From NCBI RefSeq assembly GCF_028641065.1, contig NC_073392.1, forward strand, positions 15,314,001-15,378,000: a stretch of DNA of 64,000 nt. The letters run 5' to 3'. This DNA is from Leucoraja erinacea (Eukaryota). Below the pieces are notes generated by a model. That model was not told the origin of the DNA, ran no database searches, and saw only the letters and a program-made list of their open reading frames with translations. Of the stretch, positions 12,146-23,740 are shown piece by piece. Position numbers and translations under genes: made by a program. Position 1 is the first letter of the stretch. Each line of letters opens with the position of its first letter.

Positions 12146-12831
12146 CTTCCACCACTTGAACTGTGCTCCGAGACTCTCGATAATCCCGTTGCCGGTGAAC
12201 GGAATGAGCAGCAAAGGGGAATGAGCTCTTAGTACTTTTCAAGTTAGGAAAGTAGACTTCCTTCCCTGAAGAGCATTAATGATTCATATGGGGTTTTACA
12301 GCGATCAGGTAGTTTTCCAATCATCATTACTGAGAGCTCCATAACCACTTAAATTGCAGAAGGGCTGTGGTGGGATTTGAATTTTCTTCTCTACATTATA
12401 AATCCAGGCATCTGAATTATCAGTCTCTTAATTGGACCACTGCACCATTGTCATACCTTGCACTCGGAATTTCATGTTCTTCTTTATGATATGAGCACTA
12501 GATAATTGGCCCACAGGCTCTTTAAAATACATTTTAATGTTTTGACTTGGTAATCTGCAGAAAACATACAAAAACCTGCAAAGCCAGCAAATGATGAATT
12601 CCTCAGGAGGTATTCAACATGAAATGGACAGAGTGCTGCACTGATGTCAGTGTCCTCAAAAGGTCAGCATCTTCACTGTCCTGAGTGGCCAGTATTAATG
12701 GAGGACAAGCAGACACCGTACTGCATGCCAAAACAATTGGTGTGCACCCATGTTGTCAATGGAAAATGAAAACATAAGAGCAGATAAAATAATTTAAAGA
12801 CACTCTCAAGAAAACCATCAAGAGATTGATC

Positions 12832-12957
12832 CATAGAAACATAGAAAATTGGTGCAGGAGTAGGCCATTTGGCCCTTCCAGCCAGTACCGCCATTCAATA
12901 TGATCATGGCTGATCATCGAGAATTAGTACCCAGTTCCTGCTTTCTCCCCATATCCC
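12832..12957 (-). mobile_element. CR1 3' end
   Basis: catagaaacatagaaaattggtgcaggagtaggcc is the reverse complement of the (ctatgttt)n-tailed CR1. Confidence 0.85.
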
Positions 12958-13064
12958 AGATGTGACGGCAACATTACACACTGGAATCCAACAGGCTCAA
13001 ATAGGGCGATATAGCAAAATGAGCCACTGCTTTGGGGAAAAATCATCTTGCTCTGGTCTCAAAA

Positions 13065-13363
13065 AGCCCCTGTCCCACTTTCCCGAGTTACTCACCAATT
13101 CTCCCGAACTTTCCCCTTGATTCAAACTCAGAGAATGTCTGTAGCGAGTCCGTAGGAGTTCTGTGATATTTCGTAGCGGCTCGTAATGTCAGCCGTAGGT
13201 ACTCGAGGCATCAGGTAAGTCGGGACGTTTTTTCAGCATGTTGAAAAATGTCCTTGAGTAAAATAAAATAGCCCCGAGTACCTACGGCTGGCATCTCCGA
13301 GTTTGAATCAAGGGGGAAACTCGAGAGAATTCGTGAGTAACTTGGAAAATGGAACAGGACACT
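13065..13363. mobile_element. PIF/Harbinger-type MITE
   Basis: TIR agcccctgtcccact with long subterminal inverted arms (ttccccttgattcaaactc / gagtttgaatcaagggggaa) and TAA on the right flank. Confidence 0.8.
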
Positions 13364-13677
13364 TAAGTGCAATTACAATCCACCTCTGCATTCTTAAACC
13401 ATTGATTGCATGTGACATGTCAGAGTGTAATTATTTGTTTTGCATACCATAAGAAGGTATACAAAGAGCCGCCAAGTATAGGTCACTGATCTACCACTTC
13501 TGCCAAAGTGTGTAGGAGTGAACTTCAGAGTTACCCGAATACACATTAAAAAAATTGAGATATCATTCAAAGGGATCAAGCTAGTAAAATAGCAACAACA
13601 ACAAAAATTGCTGGTATGGTTTCGGGTCGAGACCCTTCTTCAGACTGCTCAAATAAATCCGAATCAGTCTGAACAAC

Positions 13678-13868
13678 CTCACTGGAGATCATTGGACAAT
13701 CTTTAATCGGACTTTACTGGACTTTATCTTGTGCTTAACGTTATACCCTTTATCTTGTATCTGTATAGTGTGGATGGTCGATTGTAATTATGTATGGTCT
13801 CTCCGCTGACTGGTTAGCAATCAACAATAGCTTTTTCACTTTTCACACACAATAAATTAAACTAAACT
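13678..13868 (+). mobile_element. Rex/Babar-like 3' UTR
   Basis: Same UTR as 10965-11160. Confidence 0.7.
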
Positions 13869-13934
13869 CTACCCAAATGCTATCTGACTTGGTGAGTCTT
13901 CTCCGCAATGTTTGCTTGCATTTCAGATATTAAT

Positions 13935-14100
13935 CGATAATGTTTTATCATTAATGTTTTATGTGCCATTCCTAACTTTCACTGTATGTCATGTTGTCAC
14001 TTGCGGGTGGAGCACCAAGGCAAATTCCTTGTATGTGAATACTTGCCAATAAACTTATTCATTCATTCATTCATTCATTCATTCATTCATTCATTCATTC
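13935..14100 (+). repeat. LINE-type 3' end with (TTCA)n tail
   Basis: gcaaattccttgtatgtgaatacttgccaataaa followed by about 11 ttca units (14057-14100). Confidence 0.65.
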
Positions 14101-14861
14101 AATCATATCCATTCAAATTTAGATTTCAAACTAAATCTTCAGGTTTTGTTTTAGATTTTATCAATATAGATACAATATACTGACCTTGATGGCATGGGTG
14201 GGATAGTGAGACTGGACATTGTGGTTTTAGGCTGATAGCTTTGGTTTGAATCTAGATAAGGCAACCTGAGATAGTAGATTTTTATCAAATAAATGTTATG
14301 GGTGATACAGTGATCTCAATGGATGCAAGTTCTACGAAAGCACTTTTTTTTTAAGCAGTAGTGTGTTTGAAAGGTTATATATAGAGTTTAGTCCTTGTGG
14401 GGGGGTTGACATTTTACACAATTTACTTATTCACCTGCAGGAGATGAAACATCCAGGTAGGGAGAGCTCTAACATTACCATCTGATCCACAAAGACAACC
14501 CAACAAATCTCCTGGAGGTTAATCTAACCAAATTTGTTCAACCGGCTGGGTTCTTTCTGGTGTTTGGACTGAGCCCAGAGTTAGCACTGGGTGCCCGATC
14601 CAAGAAAGCATGGGGAGGTTGTGATCTAAGTGCCCCCATTGCCTGTCAACATCACCCCTCTTATCCTTTCGTCCTCCCTGATGGATTTGGCTATTTGTCT
14701 ATACAGCACACAAAGAAGACAGCGAAGAGTGTACAATTCTGCCCGACTCTAGACCTGAGGAGGAAGCTATCCGATTGCCACCCATTGATTTTCACTGCGC
14801 TACAGATATATGTGTAGAGAAGTTAGGTCCAGTTTCTGATTTCCTCAGCAAAGGTCATTTT

Positions 14862-15071
14862 NNNNNNNNNNNNNNNNNNNNNNNNNNNNNNNNNNNNNNN
14901 NNNNNNNNNNNNNNNNNNNNNNNNNNNNNNNNNNNNNNNNNNNNNNNNNNNNNNNNNNNNNNNNNNNNNNNNNNNNNNNNNNNNNNNNNNNNNNNNNNNN
15001 NNNNNNNNNNNNNNNNNNNNNNNNNNNNNNNNNNNNNNNNNNNNNNNNNNNNNNNNNNNNNNNNNNNNNNN
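14862..15071. other. Assembly gap (210 N)
   Basis: Run of n. Confidence 1.
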
Positions 15072-15839
15072 TCTTCTGGTCCAGGCTGACCAGGCATACG
15101 TCCATCCCGCTGTCCTGTTATGGAGGCAATGGTATCCCTGAGCAGAGCCAGGCTGCACGAGAATGATAACGGTGTATCCTCAATCCTCAGCAGCGTACCG
15201 TGATTGTGTTGATAGTGGGATGTGGCTCCTCATGAAGTTCCAGCCACATTATGCACAGTGTGATTTATCCGTGCTGTATCTCTACACTAAACTAAAAAGG
15301 GAGTGACCAGGGTGTGACTCGTCCTTGATTATTCTGCTGGCCTTGCTGAGGCAGCATGAGGTATAAATGTCAGACGTGTATGAAGGCCATAAATCTGTTC
15401 ATAACTCTTCAGTGCTTATTACTTCATAACTTTCAGAAATAGTAAGAACAAATTAACATAATTATTAGCTTTTGAGGGTACTTAATATTCTGTTCTGATG
15501 TTCTGTGAAAATTTAAGCCTTAGAATAATTGTCTGATCCTGGTTGTTAAGCTGACTGGTATTGTTAGCTTTCAGGTAATTCACAATGGCTCATTGATAGA
15601 TCTTTAATATGTAAGTCAGAATATTATAAATTCCAAAAACATAAGAGCGTAATCTAGGCTGAGGCTTGAATACAGCACGGACAACATTCTCAAATAAAGC
15701 ATCCTCCCAATGAGGGGTAATACTCTCACTGCCCTCTCAAGTAGGTGTAGATAATTCCATAGCGTACTATGAAAATAGGCAAGTTACTTGTCCTGGTGTC
15801 AGTGCTTATATTTACCCCTCAACCTATCAGGTCATTTAT

Positions 15840-16000
15840 CAAAGATGGACATAAAATGCTGGAGCAACTCAGCAGGTCAGGCAGCATCTTTGGAGAAAAG
15901 GAACAGATGAAGTTTCGTGTCAAGACCCTTCTTCAGATTGAGAGTCAGGGGAGAGGGAGAACTAGAGTTATAAAAAGGTACAAAAGAACAAATGAGAGAA
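15840..16000 (-). mobile_element. Penelope pLTR fragment
   Basis: aaaatgctggagcaactcagc...agacccttcttcaga, includes a degenerate hammerhead motif. Confidence 0.7.
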
Positions 16001-16659
16001 AGGTCTCATTGTCGTTGTCATAGCTATCCCTCGAGGTCGAGGTCATTCTGTTATTTTTATGGACTCTCAGGTGGCTTATAGTCCAATCCTGGCTTTGAAA
16101 GTTCTTCTGCGTTCAGGACAGGTAATTCCAGATGGCAGATCAGGTTTTGGTTGTTGCTGCCTCTCTTTCCGTTTTCTTCTCTTTTCTCAGACATGAACAC
16201 TGCCTCCGAACAACCTTCCTGCTTCTGTCAAAACTGAGCGATTGAATCAAGTATTTACCGCTTCCATGCCAGTTCTTGACTAGGAGCTTCCAGCCATCAC
16301 GTGGCCTGCTCCCGTTACCCTTGCCCGACCGCTGAAAGTCTTGAGAAGTTTTGTGCTCGTCACAGAACTAAGACGCCTGTGCTTGTGTTTGTTTAACGTG
16401 TAGATGTTGCACTCCAAGAAGCACACGGTCCTTCACAAATCCAGACTGAGAACGAATATGTGTTTGCATTGTAAACAGTCAAAGAAGATATAATTGACCT
16501 GAGCAGTAAAAATTACAATGTGAATGTAAATGAACTTCTCCCATACTCTCACATACATACAGAAATAAATGGAAAATAAGAAAGCCCATGAAACTAAATA
16601 TGTGACACACAATAAACACATACACAAGAATGTATTCTCATAAGCACGTATTCTGTGTA

Positions 16660-17342
16660 TTCTCATATGCCGCTTGGGCATCTTATAACCCAAAGGTATG
16701 AATAATGAATTGTACAATTTTAGGTAATCCCCCCCCTGCCTCCACACTTTTCTCCCCTATATTTCCTCCCCTCCCCTCCCCCACCCCGTCCATGTTACAC
16801 ACTAATTTCTTCCACTATCCCCATCTCCCTCTCTCACCCTTTGGCTTTACATTTCACTCCACCCCTCTCCTTATCTGACACCCTTTAGTCTCTTTGTCTC
16901 CTTTTTGTCTCCTTTTGTCACCATTTTATCACATTTACCTCGCAAGCTTTTGACTTCCCATATGCCAATCAAAGTCCCCTCACCGATATCCACCTATCAC
17001 TTGCCTATAGAAACACGGGACTTCAGATGCTGGTTTACAAAAATGCTGGAGTAACTAAGCGGGCCAGGCAGCATCTCTGGAGAACATGGATAGGTGACGT
17101 TTCGGGTTGGGACCCTTCAGATGATGAACAGGAGTTTGCAGAAGGGTCTCGATCCGAAACGTTAGTCAGTGAAGGGTCTTGGCCCAAAACGTGCCCTATC
17201 CATGTTCTCCAGGAATGCTACCAGAGATGCTGCCTGTTCCGCTGAGTTAATCCAGCATTTTGTGTCTATCCTCGATGTAAACCAGCATCTGCACCTCCTT
17301 CCTACACATGTTCCCTGACCTGCTGATTTTTACTCCAGCACT
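16660..17342. mobile_element. Rearranged Penelope fragments with inverted pLTR arms
   Basis: Inverted arms at about 17014-17120 and 17170-17310, pyrimidine-rich UTR, three hammerhead-like remnants. Confidence 0.7.
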
Positions 17343-18911
17343 CAATTCAATTCAACTTTAATGTCATCGCACAAATACAAGTATCAGTACAACGAAATGC
17401 AGTTTTGCGTCAGTCCGTAGTAGTTGTACATAAAGAAAAACAAAAAAAAAATAGAAAGAGGGAAGATACAGAATAATCAGGAAATACAGAATGATTAAAC
17501 AAAGGGGACGGAGGGACCAGAATCTGTCCTTTTGTGCAGTTCTTTGTTTCTACAATGAACAGGTGTTATTTGGCAGATGGATATTGGTCAGAGACACCAG
17601 CGAGAACCACCCCTGGTCTTCTTCAAAACGGTGCCGTGAATCTCATATATACATCTCCGAGAATGGACATGTCCTCACCTTAACATTTAATGTGAATCTC
17701 CTCTTCTAACAGTGCAGCCCTGGATGCTGTACTCAAATCCCCTTGTTGGGGCTGGAACGCATAAAACTCTGGCTCAGAAGCTAGAAAGCTATTAAGCAGA
17801 AGGTACTACAGTGGCAAGCAAATCACAATATGGTACTTCTAAAATTCTACAGGTTTGATCAACGGGAAGCCGTACAGAGATCATTTGATTTAATTTACTT
17901 CATTCTGGTTTGTACCTGTCCTAATATTTGAAGAAAAAGTAGTATTTTTCCATGCTTCACTAATCAAATAAAGGATTAGTGGTGAAATACAATAATGCCC
18001 TGTGATTAATCAGCTGAATCTGTTGCTTAGGCACCCGCACACGTTAGAAATGACTTCATCACAGAGATAGATGGGACCGGTAGATTGCCCTTAACAATTA
18101 TTGATACCGAATACATTTTGAAGCTTTGTACCAACTTGGAGCTGAATTGAAACCATTTATCCTGTGATTAAATTGTGCACACAGATACAATTTATTGTTG
18201 TGCCTGGGCTGGAGAGATATGCGAGGCATGCATGTGTGACTAAGAGACACTATCGTAAGCTGCTGCAGCTCTCTTCCTGCAATGCTGGGATTTTAGGATA
18301 AGGGTTTCTATGCATCACATCGAACGATGACAACACTGAAGAAATGTAATAAAAGAGAAGTGATGGGTTAGACAGTACTTCATATAGGGAGGAAATCCAG
18401 TTGCTATCTCACTGTCCCATTTTAACTCAATTAGATAATGTCAATAGACACCTCCAAAAAATATTTATCTCCTAAAATTCATATAAGAATATTGCAGTGC
18501 GGTGATTACATTACTTGGAATAGTACACCATAGGCTTCACTGATAATCCAGGGAACTGTGTCAGTTTGAGCAAATAGCATCAGTAAATACATCATGATCT
18601 TGCTGGTAAGATCAACCTGGTTCACTGATGCCCTTTAAAGAGAGAAACTTGGTCTGGATAATAAGTGACTCCCATGGGTTTGTTAAATTGTTTTCTTAAC
18701 AGATTAAATAGCAACAATACCAGATAGGCAATTACAAATAGGCAATAAATGCTGGCTCTGCATGCAATGCTCATATCTCAAAAATAAATAATTAACCTGT
18801 ACCTGCACAGTGCACAATTGGTGTTTTTTTCAACTTCATGATATGCGAGGCATGCATGTGTGACTAAGAGACACTATCCTAAGCTGCTGGAGCTCTCTTC
18901 CTGCAATGCTG

Positions 18912-18971
18912 TGAGTCGAGGGCAAACTCGTCTAAACTCCCAGATTAGGTTGCCGCAGTGGGACAGCCCCT
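18912..18971. mobile_element. Right end of a truncated Harbinger-type MITE
   Basis: attaggttgccgcagtgggacagcccct followed by TAA. Confidence 0.7.
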
Positions 18972-19004
18972 TAACCCTACCACAGCAACGGAACACTATG
19001 GACT

Positions 19005-19307
19005 ATGGTGGCACAGCGATAGAGTTGTTGCCTTACAGCACTTTCAGTGCAGGAGAGGCAGGTTCGATCCCGACTATGGGTGCTGTCTGTACGTAGTTTG
19101 TACCTTCTTCCCGTGACCATGTGAGTTTTCTCAGAGATCTCCAGTTTCCTCCCACACTGCAGTACAGGTATGTAGTTAATTGGCTTGGTGTATGTGTGTA
19201 AAACAAAAATTGTCCCTGGTGAGTGTAGTGTTAATGTGCGGGGATTGCTGGTCAGTGCGGACTCGGTGGGCCAAAGGGCCTGTTTCTCTAAACTCAACTA
19301 AACTAAA
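19005..19307 (+). mobile_element. V-SINE (HE1-like)
   Basis: A and B boxes, V domain, (ctaaa)n tail. Confidence 0.88.
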
Positions 19308-20080
19308 CGTCTTTCACCATCTTTATTTTCGCTGCCTTGTGCAATTGATGTACAATTTATGCTTTGTGTTTTGCCTGAGTCAATGTGCCTGTAATGCTGC
19401 TGCTCCTGTACATTTGACAATAAATTCGACGTGATTCTTTGAAAGAACTGCCCAACTAAATCTATTTCCCCTCAAGGATAATTAAACAATAGGTTTAGGT
19501 TCATTATTGACATATGTACTGAGGTTCAGTGAAAAGCTTTGTTTTGCTTGCTATCCAAACAGATCAGATATACCAGACATAAATACAATTAAGTCAAACT
19601 AAAATACAACAGATAGAGTAACGGGAAAGATACAGAGTGCAGAATGTAATTCTCATTGTAACTCTTCAGTCCCATTAAAAGTCTAATGTCCTCAATAGTG
19701 CAGTGGTAATCAGGCAATTCTTAGCTCGTCGCAAGACGATTTTGAAGCTTAAAACAGATGGAAAGAAGCTGATTTTCCTACGATGCTGCGTAATTCTATA
19801 AAATCAACTAATATTGGACTGTCAGGTCCTGAACTTGATCCAGAATAAAAAAGAATGATGAGAGGATATGCAATCTCCGATTGATGCTATGCATTGCTTA
19901 TTGCACCACAACACCTCGACTTGGTTAAAGGGCATGTGAACGAGGGGAGGGGGCGGAAACATCGTATATAGTATGTACTCATTTTATGTGCTCAACCCCA
20001 TTACATAAAACAAGCATAGACCCCTCCCAACAGTAACAGTTCCAGTAATGCTTGAATGTATAAAACACCATCAAGCAGCA

Positions 20081-20250
20081 GGGTGGCGCAGTGGTAGAGT
20101 TGTTGCCTTACAGAGTTTGCAGCGCCAGAAACCTGGGTTTGATCCCGACAATGCTGTCTGTATGGAGTTTGTGTGGGGATCACTGGTCGGTGCAGACTCG
20201 GTGGGCCGAAGGGACTGTTTCCACGCTATACCTCTAAACAAATCTAAACT
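20081..20250 (+). mobile_element. V-SINE, internally deleted
   Basis: tRNA head joined directly to the tail. Confidence 0.8.
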
Positions 20251-21121
20251 ACAACAATCTGTTAAATATTGTTTCATCACAAAGTCATCCAACACTACAG
20301 AGTATGACATTATTGAATGTATAGACACTGAGAATGTATGAAGAGCTTTTTTTTTGCAGTTTTTGCTTTGTATATGCTTTTTATTCTGAATAAAATTTAT
20401 ATTTGGAAAAAAAAAGCAACCATTCAAAATTGGGCCATTAATTGTCCACTTGTTATTTTAATCATGTAGGTAATCAGAATTGTTTTTGCTCATGTAAAAT
20501 GATGCAGGAGAAAACATTGTCAAACTGAAAAAAAATGTTGATCCATTTTCAACCTCATGCTTCTGCTAGTGTTCCATTTGATGGTGAGGTATTTTATAGA
20601 TGTGATGCTTTTTCTATGCAGGATTAAGCACAAGGATAATGGGTTATCATGACTCTGAATGTTACCCTAATAGTTTCCAGAAATATCTTCAATGTTTTAT
20701 TTCCCATTTGATATGATTATGTGAGAGGGTTTAAGAGTGCAAGATATCATTCTCTATCACGGCAATCCAATCAGATTGTTTCTTTATCTTTGGAGCAATA
20801 TGTGACAATAACAACCATGATTACATTATTTGATAATGTGTGCTGAAAGAATATCACACTGTGTGCCATTTTAGTGTTGCTGTGTGAAGGAAGTATTATA
20901 TAAAACACAACAAATGTCTTGCCATACGTACATTAAAGAACAGGAAACTTTGAAAGTATAGTTACTGTAAGACCATTCTATATGCATCACATCTATAAAA
21001 TACCTCACCATCAAATGGAACACTAGCAATACATGAAGAATTAATGTCATTTTGTACTTTGTACGATTACTTATTGGCTTTTACTTTTAAGTAAGTGAGA
21101 CAGACTCCAAGGATTTGAGTT

Positions 21122-21585
21122 CATAAGATCATGTGATAGGAGTATAATTAGCCCATTCAGCCCATCAAACCTACTCTGCTATTCATTCTGATTTATCTCT
21201 CCCTCCTAATCCCATTCTCCTGCCTCCCTATAAACTCCGACACCTGTACTAATCAAGAATCTATCTATCTCTGCCTTAAATATATCCACTGACTTTGCCT
21301 CCACAGCCTTCTATGGCAAATAATTCCACAGATTCGCCACCCTCTGACTAAATAAATTCCTCCTCAGCTTCTTCTTAAACGAACGTCCTTTAATTCTGAG
21401 ACTATGACTTCTTGTCCTAAACGCTCCCACTCGTGGAAAAATCCTCTCCACATCCACTCTATCCAAGCCTTTCACTATTCTGTACATTTCAATGAGGTCC
21501 CTCCTTATTCTTCTGAACTCCAACAAATATAGGCCCAATGCCGTCAAACGCTCATCATATGTTAACCTACTCATTCCTGGGATCT
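21122..21585 (-). mobile_element. CR1 3' fragment
   Basis: ORF 21311-21574: YDERLTALGLYLLEFRRIRRDLIEMYRIVKGLD...NLWNYLP. Confidence 0.92.
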
Positions 21586-21633
21586 TTCAAATCACATCAT
21601 ACAGAAGGGAAGTATGATAGAAGAATGGACTAA

Positions 21634-22099
21634 AGGGCCTGTCCCACTTGGCCTTCATTTGCGCCTCATTTACGCGTTATATGTAAATTAGGTCGACTCG
21701 TCGTGACCCATGGGGTGCGCATGGTGAGGCGTGAAATAGTATGCAGTGGCCCGTGGTATCGAGCGACGCTCCAGGATTATGTACAGGAACAAAATCCTCA
21801 CGCGCCACCTGCGTGACATATCGCGTACGCACGCTGACGCATTGGCGTTGTACGCTGGTGTCCCAATGTCTCACGTGTATCGCGTGGTGACGCATGGTTA
21901 CGTCACCGTGCGTCAACGTCCTTACGCCCTTGCGTCAACGTCCTGTCGCGCACCGCAGGGTATTCTAATTACCTCACTCGCACCAGACGGCTGTGCTGAC
22001 GCGTGATTTGCGCGCGACGTCGCGCGTCACGATGCGTCAACCTATTTTACATATGACGCGTAAATGAGGCGCAAATGACGGCCAAGTGGGACAGGCCCT
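21634..22099. mobile_element. PIF/Harbinger-type MITE, CpG-rich
   Basis: About 43-bp TIR agggcctgtcccacttggcc(t/g)tcatttgcgcctcatttacgcgt and TAA TSD (21631-21633 and 22100-22102). Confidence 0.92.
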
Positions 22100-22789
22100 T
22101 AAGCCCGTTAACAATGAGACAGCAATAAGTTATTTGCAACAAAGTAGCGATGTACAAATAATTTTCCTGAGAAATAAAAAAAATCAATGCAACTCAAGAT
22201 ATGGCAGAGTTTGGCAGATGTTTCTGTCAGAACACAAACAGGAGACAAAGCATAACATTGTTCTAATTAAGAATAAAGCAGCCAAAAGTGGAGTAGTTCA
22301 GAAGGAGAAAATTAAGGTAGCCTGATACCAAGGTGGAAATCAATACAGACAAGAAGTCTAATCCCATTCAATATCTGTCATGTACTCTCTGCCCAGGAGC
22401 ATCACAGATATCGTATCTGCTTAATGTGGTAACCATCATTTGATTGTCGAATTGCAAGAGTGTACAACAGGTAAAACAAAATCACTTTTCATACAAATGC
22501 AAGATCGAATTTCATATCAATTGATAAACATACTCCTTTCTAGAATTGGGAGCTTCTTTTTCACTATTTCTTCATTCCTACAAAGGCACAATGTGTCATT
22601 GCATTAGATCACACATCCCAACAGTATTTCTCTCCTGCACTCCATATTCATAATTGCACAATTACCCATTTTCTTGATTAAACTCTTACCTGCCATACTT
22701 TCACAAACAAATATTTTGTTCTCCATCTCATTTTTTTTTAACCTTCAACTGAAATCTTGGTTTATTCGAATATAAAGCATGGATGAGTG

Positions 22790-23430
22790 CAGTATAGGAG
22801 CAGCCCTTTGCCTCACTGTGTCTGCAGGACCATGATGTCAATCTAACCTAATCCTATCTGCCTGCACGTGGTCTGTGTCACTCTATTGCTTGTTTATCCG
22901 CGTGTCTGTCCAAATATATCTTAAATGTCATTGTTGTAATTGCTTTTATAACCTACCCTGGCAGTGTATTCCAAGCACTTACCACTCTGTGTGAAACAAA
23001 AAACTTGCCTCGCATACCTCCTTTAAACTTTTTCCTCTCATCTTTCACCAATTCCCTGTAGTATTTGGAATTTCCACCTTGGGGAAAACATCCTGGCCAT
23101 ATCTGTGCCTCTCATAATTTTTAGATACTTCTATCAGGTTGTCCCTCGAAATCCAACACTCCAGAGAAAATAATCAGTTTATCCAACCTCTCCAGATAGT
23201 TTGTACACACCAATACAGGCAATACCTAGTGAAGCTCTTGTGCACCCCCTCAAAAGCCTCCACTTCTTTTCTAACCAGAACAGCATGTAAATACTCTAAG
23301 TGTGGCCTAAATAACATTTTATACAGTGGTGACATGACTTCCGGACTTTTATACTCAGTGCCCCCACTACTAATGCAAACATGTTGTATTCCTTCTTTAC
23401 CATCCTGATTACTTGTGTTGCCACTTTTTA
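22790..23430 (-). mobile_element. Decayed CR1 3' fragment
   Basis: EYKSPEVMSPLYKMLFRPHLEY. Confidence 0.85.
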
Positions 23431-23479
23431 TATCTATTCTTGCCAACAGATCATTGACCTAAAATGCATAATCAATGTA

Positions 23480-23740
23480 TTTCTCGCTTCACAATTTGCA
23501 ATCGCCCACACCTTCTGTCTTTTCATCTCTGGCCTTTGTCCTCCATCTGCCCATTAACAAACCCCATCACTCGTACCAACCTATTACCGGCCAGGTTTTG
23601 TCCTACCCCTCCTCTCTTCCAGTTTTCTTCTCTCCTCCACCCCCCACAATCAGACTGAAAAAGGATCCCGACTCAAAACAACCCATTCATGTTCTCCAGA
23701 GATGCTGCCTGACCCACTGAGTTGCTCCAGCACTTTGTAT
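23480..23740 (+). mobile_element. Penelope 3' UTR/pLTR fragment
   Basis: ctccagagatgctgcctgacccactgagttgctccagcac. Confidence 0.7.

Noticed and set aside
14775-15158. ORFs spanning the poly-N run
   Set aside because: Artefacts of the assembly gap.
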